Below are positions 8,326 to 14,682 of a stretch of DNA of 14,682 nucleotides, piece by piece. Within the stretch, counting starts at the first letter, position 1. Each line of letters opens with the position of its first letter. The position numbers were made by a program, and so were the translations under genes. The notes below the pieces were generated by a model. It saw nothing but the letters and a program-made list of their open reading frames with translations. It did not search any database and was not told where the DNA came from. Origin of the DNA: Deinococcaceae bacterium (lineage in GTDB: Bacteria > Deinococcota > Deinococci > Deinococcales > Trueperaceae); NCBI GenBank assembly GCA_040256005.1, contig JBDZWC010000074.1, forward strand, positions 1 to 14,682. Reading direction: 5' to 3'.

Positions 8326-8825
8326 TTACCCGAACCTGAAGCCTGTAGCGTCGCCACAGATCTGTATGCCCGACGACTCGACCGGCGCGACGCACTCTGA
8401 TTGGTCAAGATCAGGGTGGGCGAAATTCCAGATGGTGAAATGACCACTCTCGTACGGTGTGATCAGCTCGCCTACGAATAGGCTCCTGCCGATCTCCTCT
8501 CCTTGTTCATTACGGCACACAACCTCGATCTCGAGCGGCATCCCGGCCACGTAGTTCTGCTGTCTCGACGCTTTGGTTTCTTTCCCTGTGATGAAGCCAT
8601 CTGGATTCGTCTGATCCACGCTGACATCAAGGAGCGTGCTCGCGCCGAACTCGGCTGTCACATACAGGCCGTAGCAGAAGAACGAGATCGTGCTATCTGG
8701 CGGTAGCCAAGCAACGTGTAAGTATAGGTGATCGGCGGCTCCGAGAGCACGAAGCAGCCTGATAGGGCCATGGCCAGTAAGGCCACCGGCGCCAGGCGCA
8801 ACTCCAAGGGCGATCCTCGTTTCAA
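8326..8825 (-). pseudogene. putative lipoprotein split by a single-base frameshift (track ORFs 8658..8840 and 8326..8661)
   Basis: Signal peptide with lipobox MKRGSPLELRLAPVALLAMALSG-C. Adding one base near 8715 gives a continuous reading EPPITYTYT-VAWLPPDSTISFFCYGLY-VTAEFG... to the stop at 8326. Confidence 0.6.
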
Positions 8826-8860
8826 GGTAGGACGCTCCAATCTGCCCGCTCTTAGGGCTG

Positions 8861-9244
8861 CTATCTCCCGAACTGGCGCAGGCCGAGTTCGAGGACGACA
8901 GGAATGGAGATCCTGGCGCCTTCCCTCGCCAGTTCAGCGATGCGGCTTAGGAAGCCCTTCCAGCCGGTTGAACTGGCAACGGCCTGCACGAACGCCTGCC
9001 CACTCGCGGTGACCCTATTGACGATGTACTGAGGGTAACTGGGCCCACCGAAGGTGGCCGAAAGTCTATCGGCCTCCAACAACCCCTCGTCGACGAGCCA
9101 AGAGACGTGAAGCATTACCTTCGCCTCTCCGATTTCCTTCGCCAGCTGATCAATGACCTTGTCTGGATCCCCACCGTAATCGGTCTTGTCGACCACATCG
9201 AGCATGATGCGCCTTGTTAGATCCCAGTCTCGCGTCATTCCCAT
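8861..9244 (-). CDS. DUF2513-like small winged-helix protein
   Basis: MTRDWDLTRRIML..., VMLHVSWLVDEGLL, RVTASGQAFV...W follows the DUF2513 pattern (RDWDL.R.IL...H...L...G...T..G..F). Start is ATG9244 or ATG9238. Confidence 0.75.
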   Translation of the reverse strand: MGMTRDWDLTRRIMLDVVDKTDYGGDPDKVIDQLAKEIGEAKVMLHVSWLVDEGLLEADRLSATFGGPSYPQYIVNRVTASGQAFVQAVASSTGWKGFLSRIAELAREGARISIPVVLELGLRQFGR

Positions 9245-9379
9245 CGGGTCCCCCAAGTGTCTGGCTCGTCAATCTCCTTCGTCCAGGCAAAGCGAAACCT
9301 AGTCGCGTGGAGCACTGTTGACCGCCCTGTTCCGCGAGCTATCGCCAGTAGAACTCTCTCATCTAATTCTACTATGAGT

Positions 9380-9395
9380 GACGAAGACTTTCGTC
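9380..9395. promoter_or_regulatory. putative BlaI-family operator GACGAA-N4-TTCGTC
   Basis: Perfect 6-bp inverted arms, immediately followed by a -10-like TATTGT (9396-9401) that lies 7 nt before ATG9409. Confidence 0.75.
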
Positions 9396-9408
9396 TATTG
9401 TGGTGTGC

Positions 9409-9834
9409 ATGAAACGGCATGAAGAGGAGGCCTCCGAGGCCGGGCGGTATGTCGAGCCGACACCGCGGGAGACGGAGATCCTGCAAGTCCTGTGGGAGCG
9501 GGGTCTTAGCACAGTACGCGAGGTCCACGCCGAGCTCGCCCGACAAGAAGGCAACGAGAACATCCTGCGCACGACCGTTCTCAAGCACATGCAGATCATG
9601 CTCGACAAGGGCCTGGTCCATCGCGATGACTCCACATCGCCGCAGCTCTACGAAGCGGCCTGCGAGAGGCCCCTGGTCGAGAGACAGATGCTCAACGGGC
9701 TCGCGCGGAGAGTCTTCGATGGCTCAGCCTCCAAGCTGATCCTGCGGGCCCTAGACACCGAGGACCTATCGGCATCGGAACTCAACGAGATCAGACGCCT
9801 CCTCGACGAGCATGCGCGGAAGGGCGACGAGTGA
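9409..9834 (+). CDS. BlaI/MecI/CopY-family transcriptional repressor
   Basis: PTPRETEILQVLWERGLSTVREVH, TTVLKHMQIMLDKGLV, VFDGSASKLIL, ELNEIRRLL; GTGA overlap with the downstream M56 gene. Confidence 0.95.
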   Translation: MKRHEEEASEAGRYVEPTPRETEILQVLWERGLSTVREVHAELARQEGNENILRTTVLKHMQIMLDKGLVHRDDSTSPQLYEAACERPLVERQMLNGLARRVFDGSASKLILRALDTEDLSASELNEIRRLLDEHARKGDE

Positions 9835-12317
9835 CGCTTTCTCCCACTGTCCTCCAGCTACTGGTGGGGGTCGGCTGGGGTCTCGTCCACCTGCTGTGGC
9901 AAGCAGTCCTGATTCACGGCTCGCTCCTCTTGGCGCTAAGCCTGGTGCCCGTGCGGAGGAGCGGTCTTCGCTACGGCTTGGGGCTGGCTGGTCTCGCGGC
10001 CCTCATCGCACTGCCTCTCGCAACGGTGACGGGCTTCCTCACCGAACCGAGCACAGTGCCGAACGTGACGGGCCTCATACAGGTGCCTGCCCCGGAAGTG
10101 GAGGCTGTCGCTCTCGCTGACGACAGGGCGCCAAGTAATGGCCTACCCGGCTACCTGACCTCGGTCTTGGCACTGGGCTGGCCCGTCAACGTGCAGGTGC
10201 TCATGGGCTTGGTCAGCAGGTACCTGCCTTGGGTCGTCCTTGCGTGGGCCACGGGGGTAATCGTGAGCCTGTACAACCTAGCGCGCGGCCACGTCGAGAC
10301 GCGACGGCTGAGGAGGCAAGGACTGCGGCCGGTGCCGCGCTGGCTTGCGGACAAAGTCGCCACTATGGCGGGCGCTCCGGTCCCGGTGCTCGTCTCGGAC
10401 CTCGCTGTCGTCCCCATGGTCGTGGGGGTGCTCAAGCCCGTGATCCTCGTCCCGACAAGCGCGCTCACCGGGCTCACCGTCCAACAGCTCGAGCTGATCA
10501 TCGCCCACGAGCTGGCGCACGTGCGGCGGTTCGACCCGATCGTCAACCAGGTCCAGTGCGTCATCGAGGCTCTGTTCTTCTTCTATCCGTCGGTGAGGGC
10601 CATCAACCGGCTCGTCCGCCAAGAACGCGAGCACCGTACCGACGCAGAGGTGACGGCGATCAGCGGAGCGAACGCCGACTACGCAGTAGCCCTAGGGAGG
10701 CTGGCGCACGTCGCGATGGTGGGCGGACCGCACTTGGCTGCTACCGGCGGGGCCCTCAGCAGCAGAGTGCGCCGCGTGCTCGGCATGCCCGAGCGTCCGG
10801 CGGCGGGACCGGTCCCCATCCTCGCCCTCCTCACAGTTGGCCTGCTCCTGGTCGTCGGGGCTGCGTTGGCCGCCCCAGGCCCCGGCGACCTCGCTGCGCA
10901 GATCATCGCTAACCCGTCGATCGCACAGGGACTGAGCGACGAAGACGTCGAGCAGCTCTTGAGGCAGACGGCTTCCATGGACGAGTCGGACGAGGAGAAG
11001 CTCTCGGCGCTATTACTCGTCTTGGCGGACCGCGCCGCCGGGAAGAGCGTGCTTCACGCCCTGTACATCCTCAACGCCGACAAGCTGTCACCGCAGCGGC
11101 GCCAGGTCGCGAGGGAAGCTCTCTTCGCTGCGCAACGGAAGGCCGCCGCGCATGAGGATCAGGCGGAGCCGGCGGAGACCTACGAAATCTCACACAACGA
11201 TGTGCCGAACTACGCCACGCAGAGGCGTGGTCCGGACCTCATCCTTCCAGCAGGCTTCGACCTGAACCGCGCCTCCCTAGCCGGCCGGGACGCGGAAGCT
11301 CTCCCGTCCGGCAGAAGCCTGATGTTCGTTCGCCAGCACTTGCTTCCTGATCAGGGGCTCGACAGGACCCGATTGCTAGAGGACCTGGACCTGTCGGAAT
11401 TGAAGGGTCTCCCGGGCCTGGAACCGGAGACGTTCGGCGTACTGCTTACGAAGTGGCACAGCGCGCTGCAGGGGCCCAACAGGTTCAGCAACCCCGACTT
11501 CACGCTCGCCGAGATCCTCGACCAGTCCGACACAAGCGCGATAGAGGGGCCCTGGTCCCTATGGGTAGACGACGGCAACGTCGTCACGGCGAACACGAGT
11601 GCTCAGTGGGATCTCGGAACCGGGCAAATCGCGGTAACTCCCACACCGCGGCAGATCCTATGCCTCGAGGACGGCGTGGTCGTGGGCGGCGTGTACGCGA
11701 CGTTCGCGTTCGCCGATCATGAACGCTTCGAGAGGCTCCTGACGGACTGCCTCTCCGGAGCTTGGGGTTCCCATTGGAACCCCGTGCCGCCGTCTACGGG
11801 CGGGCCGCTTCCAGGTTTCACGCTGACCAGCAAGACCGGCGAGACGGTTTCATCCGACGACCTGGACGGCCGCCCGCTGCTCCTGGCGTTCCTCGCCCCC
11901 GTCGAGGAGCCGCCGATCGTGATGGAGGTGGGGCCCGCGCGTACGTCCGACGCCCCCGAGCCGGCCCCACGAGTGCGCGTCGAGCAACTCGCTAGCTTGA
12001 TCGAAGCTGCCGGGTCAGACGCCAGGCTCGTCGTGGTGGCCGCGCCATACGCGCGTGCCGACGTGAAGTGGAGCGCCTCCGAGGTCGCCGAGGCCCTAAG
12101 GGAAGCGCTCGACGTCCCGGTGTACGAAGACCAAAGCGGCACGCTCTTGCTGAACCTCAACTTGTACTCGATTGCCGCTGGGGACGTTCTGCTCCTTGAC
12201 AGTCAAGGCCGAATTATTGAGGTGTTCCGCGACCTCAACCGCCTCGAGCGGACCGCAGAATTCATTGACGTGACGCTGCAGGACGCCCTCGCGAGGCTCG
12301 CCCGTCAGGCTCCCTGA
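9831..12317 (+). CDS. BlaR1/MecR1-like M56 zinc metallopeptidase with a C-terminal thioredoxin-like (redoxin) region
   Basis: GWGLVHLLWQ start, VPMVVGVLKPVILVP, HELAH (10506-10520), ERExxxD, last TM about 10818-10874. C-terminal PLPGFTLTSKTGETVSSDDLDGRPLLLAF...PVYED...LLLDSQGRII is TlpA/AhpC-like. Confidence 0.92.
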   Translation: MTLSPTVLQLLVGVGWGLVHLLWQAVLIHGSLLLALSLVPVRRSGLRYGLGLAGLAALIALPLATVTGFLTEPSTVPNVTGLIQVPAPEVEAVALADDRAPSNGLPGYLTSVLALGWPVNVQVLMGLVSRYLPWVVLAWATGVIVSLYNLARGHVETRRLRRQGLRPVPRWLADKVATMAGAPVPVLVSDLAVVPMVVGVLKPVILVPTSALTGLTVQQLELIIAHELAHVRRFDPIVNQVQCVIEALFFFYPSVRAINRLVRQEREHRTDAEVTAISGANADYAVALGRLAHVAMVGGPHLAATGGALSSRVRRVLGMPERPAAGPVPILALLTVGLLLVVGAALAAPGPGDLAAQIIANPSIAQGLSDEDVEQLLRQTASMDESDEEKLSALLLVLADRAAGKSVLHALYILNADKLSPQRRQVAREALFAAQRKAAAHEDQAEPAETYEISHNDVPNYATQRRGPDLILPAGFDLNRASLAGRDAEALPSGRSLMFVRQHLLPDQGLDRTRLLEDLDLSELKGLPGLEPETFGVLLTKWHSALQGPNRFSNPDFTLAEILDQSDTSAIEGPWSLWVDDGNVVTANTSAQWDLGTGQIAVTPTPRQILCLEDGVVVGGVYATFAFADHERFERLLTDCLSGAWGSHWNPVPPSTGGPLPGFTLTSKTGETVSSDDLDGRPLLLAFLAPVEEPPIVMEVGPARTSDAPEPAPRVRVEQLASLIEAAGSDARLVVVAAPYARADVKWSASEVAEALREALDVPVYEDQSGTLLLNLNLYSIAAGDVLLLDSQGRIIEVFRDLNRLERTAEFIDVTLQDALARLARQAP

Positions 12318-12321
12318 GGCC

Positions 12322-13521
12322 ATGAGGTCGGCACTTCGGTTGGAGAGGACGCGATGGCTCGAGTCGCTGCTTGTCGTGATGGCAATCGGGCTCTCGGTTG
12401 CCGTTCTGATAGTGACCGGCTCCGTCCTAGCGGTCAACGAGCGAATGATCGCCGCCTGGGACGACAGCATCGAAGCACGGCGGTTGACGCTCGGCACGGC
12501 GGCCTCGGACAACTTGGCTTACCAGGCCGGAGCAGACGCAAGGCGACTCGGCTCTATCTACACGCCGCAGCCGCGGTTCACGCCCGAAGACGTGGCGGAT
12601 GCCCTGCGGGCCGCTCCCAGCGTGGACTACTGGTACCAAGTCGAACCCAAGCCCTTGAACACCACGGCGTGGGATGGCCGCATCGCGGGGGTCGGTGTCA
12701 CCGCCGACTACTTAGCGGCAGTCCGGATCGATGTCGTCGCCGGCTCGCTCCCGACGGCCAGCGACTTCGCCGAGCTGCGCCCAGTCATGCTGATCACCCG
12801 GCGGTTCGCCTCCTCACTCGAGCTCGAAGGCGACCCTATCGGCCAGCAGTTGTACTTCGAGGGCGAGGACGCCCCCTACACCATCGTCGGGATTCTCCCC
12901 TCCCGCGACGACCGGCCGATCAGCATCCGGGAGGCGATCGTGCCGATGGCGCCGAGCGCCACGCTCACTGAGCTGACCTTCGCCGTCGAGGACGCGCGCG
13001 ATCTGCCTCAGGCAGTTGAGGAGCTGCGCCGCTTCGCCTCGGATCGCTGGGGCGACGGGGCTGTGGTGAAGGTCCAAGGCGACGAGTTCCTCGGCTATTA
13101 CCTGGAAGACCGCAGGCGGAACCTTGCCATCGCCGCTCTGGCATCCGCGGCCTTGCTCATCTCTGCATGCAACGTCATGGGCCTCTTGCTCTCCCGCGCG
13201 GCAAGAGACACAGTCAGAATCGGCATCGCGAGGACCCTTGGAGCCTCGCGAGCGGCGATCAGGCGAAGGGTCCTGCTGGAGTCTGGCGCCCTTGGGCTCC
13301 TGGGTGGGCTAGCCGGAGCTGGGGCCTCGGCCGCTCTCCTACGGGCGTACAACACGAGCCTGGCGTCCGACTCAGGCAACTTCCAGGTCCAGTTCGCGTT
13401 GTCGCCAGCCGTCCTGGCACTGTCTTTGGCCTTGGCCATAGGGCTTTGCCTTGTGGCAGCGGTCTACCCGGCTGGCGTTGCCAGCCGGACCAGCATCGTC
13501 GCTGCGATCGGGAGCGCGTAG
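12322..13521 (+). CDS. MacB/FtsX-type ABC transporter permease
   Basis: N-terminal TM, periplasmic core (GVTADY...VAGS...PIGQ...YTIVGIL), and C-terminal FtsX domain with IGIARTLGASR...LLESGALGLLGG...VYPA. Confidence 0.9.
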   Translation: MRSALRLERTRWLESLLVVMAIGLSVAVLIVTGSVLAVNERMIAAWDDSIEARRLTLGTAASDNLAYQAGADARRLGSIYTPQPRFTPEDVADALRAAPSVDYWYQVEPKPLNTTAWDGRIAGVGVTADYLAAVRIDVVAGSLPTASDFAELRPVMLITRRFASSLELEGDPIGQQLYFEGEDAPYTIVGILPSRDDRPISIREAIVPMAPSATLTELTFAVEDARDLPQAVEELRRFASDRWGDGAVVKVQGDEFLGYYLEDRRRNLAIAALASAALLISACNVMGLLLSRAARDTVRIGIARTLGASRAAIRRRVLLESGALGLLGGLAGAGASAALLRAYNTSLASDSGNFQVQFALSPAVLALSLALAIGLCLVAAVYPAGVASRTSIVAAIGSA

Positions 13522-13524
13522 GCC

Positions 13525-14682
13525 ATGCAGAGCTTGCTGAGGCGAGCCTTCGCCCAGCCCGCCAGAGGGGTGCTGCGCTTACTTCTCTGCGCGCTTAGCG
13601 CGTTCGCCGTGGCGGGGGCTCTCTCCTCACTAAGCCTCCTAAGAGAGGCCACCGGACCGGCCACCCGGTTCGACCTCCATGCCGCCAAGCGCCTCGATCG
13701 CACCTACGATCGGCTCCGTCTCTTCGATGTCGATAGCCTCGAGAAGCTCAGCGCGCTTGTCCCAGGCGTGCGCTCTATCGCTCTCTACGAGAGTTCCCTT
13801 ACGCCAGTCCTCGAGCGTGCCGGCGACCGCTTCGAGCTGTACAGCATGGCGCACGTAACGCCCGAATACTTCGCGCTCGGGGATGTCCAACTCGTCGCGG
13901 GCGACTTCTTCGGATGGGATGAGGTTGACTTCGGCGACCGAGTGGCGCTTATCAGCGAAAGCGCGGCGGAGCTGATCTTCCCGGATGGCGGCGCCGTCGG
14001 CGGCGAGGTTGTGATGATGCCGGCGCGGGCTCCCTACAGGATCGTGGGGGTCTACCGCCGCCCTGGGACCGGGCCTGGACCAGGACTACTGGTCCCGCCT
14101 ACGCCAGGCGTCGCGTACGGGACGGTCGCTGTGGCCGCCGAGCCAGGGAGGGCGGCGGACGTCAGGCGAGACATCGTCGCAGCCGCGAGGACCAGCTATT
14201 CAGAGGAGCTCGAGAGGGCCGGGTACCCGTCCGGCAACGACTTCCTCATCAACAGGGCAGGTGAGTTCGGGAGCGAGGCTAGCCCTGCCAGGAGGACACT
14301 AACGTCTCTTGCGTTGATAGGCGTCGTCAGCCTTGTCGTAGCCGGCATGGGGGTGTTCTCGATGGCCACGGTCGAGGTCTCGCAGCGGCAGCGGGCGGTG
14401 GGCCTCCAGCGGGCGATGGGCGCCTCGCGTGCCAGGGTAGTGGCTTCGCTCGTCAGCGATGCGGCGGTGATGGGCGTCGCGGGCGCTGCTGCAGGGCTCC
14501 TGTTGGCGTTGGTGGCCTTGCCGCAGCTCGAGCCCGGCGCCCGCCTGTCGGGCGCCGTGTCGCGCACGAACCTGCAAGTAGACCTGATTACCGCCGCGGC
14601 ATCGATAGCCGTGATCGCCCTGCTGTGCGTGCTCGCCAGCATCGTTCCCGCCGTACAGGCGGTGCGGCCCCCGCCCGTCGCG
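13525..14682 (+). CDS. second MacB/FtsX-type ABC transporter permease, 3' end beyond the window
   Basis: Not in the ORF track. Hand translation from ATG13525 is open for 386 codons to the edge: MQSLLRRAFAQPARG..., HVTPEYF, LVAGDFF, VALISESAAELIFP, YRIVGV, SLVVAGMGVFS, QRQRAVGLQRAMGASR, SIVPAVQA. Confidence 0.9.
   Translation, partial: MQSLLRRAFAQPARGVLRLLLCALSAFAVAGALSSLSLLREATGPATRFDLHAAKRLDRTYDRLRLFDVDSLEKLSALVPGVRSIALYESSLTPVLERAGDRFELYSMAHVTPEYFALGDVQLVAGDFFGWDEVDFGDRVALISESAAELIFPDGGAVGGEVVMMPARAPYRIVGVYRRPGTGPGPGLLVPPTPGVAYGTVAVAAEPGRAADVRRDIVAAARTSYSEELERAGYPSGNDFLINRAGEFGSEASPARRTLTSLALIGVVSLVVAGMGVFSMATVEVSQRQRAVGLQRAMGASRARVVASLVSDAAVMGVAGAAAGLLLALVALPQLEPGARLSGAVSRTNLQVDLITAAASIAVIALLCVLASIVPAVQAVRPPPVA

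Noticed and set aside
4418..9300. Integron cassette array (many small accessory genes)
   Set aside because: Genes are in mixed orientation, no RYYYAAC...GTTRRRY attC pairs were found in the spacers, and no integrase is present.
9831..12317. Calling the M56 gene blaR1/mecR1 (beta-lactam resistance)
   Set aside because: There is no class D-like penicillin-binding domain and no beta-lactamase or PBP gene in the window, so no symbol was assigned.
14196..14642. Minus-strand ORFs near the right edge
   Set aside because: They are shadows of the plus-strand permease starting at 13525.

Overview
High-GC bacterial DNA. Several apparently leaderless TANNNT-type promoters and the gene content would fit Deinococcota (e.g. 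Trueperaceae) or a similar lineage, but this is tentative. There are three blocks. (1) 1-3856: the 3' part of a non-canonical gamma-glutamyltransferase-family Ntn hydrolase, a carbon-nitrogen hydrolase and malate synthase A (aceB), probably a catabolic unit. (2) About 3860-9300: a mosaic plasticity zone. It holds decayed pdxS/pdxT remnants, an SRPBCC gene, and a TetR/dihydrofolate-reductase-like divergon with two visible operators. It also holds two different HD hydrolases, a truncated bile-acid:Na+ symporter, DUF421, a frameshifted Cys-rich lipoprotein and a DUF2513-like gene. (3) 9380-14682: an operon of a BlaI/MecI/CopY repressor with a palindromic operator, a BlaR1-like M56 peptidase, and two MacB/FtsX-type permeases (the second runs off the window and is absent from the ORF track). 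The M56 extracytoplasmic region appears to be tandem CxxC-less thioredoxin-like folds rather than a penicillin-binding domain. This operon is the best candidate for an uncharacterised sensing/export system. No rRNA, tRNA, CRISPR array, transposase or integrase was recognised.
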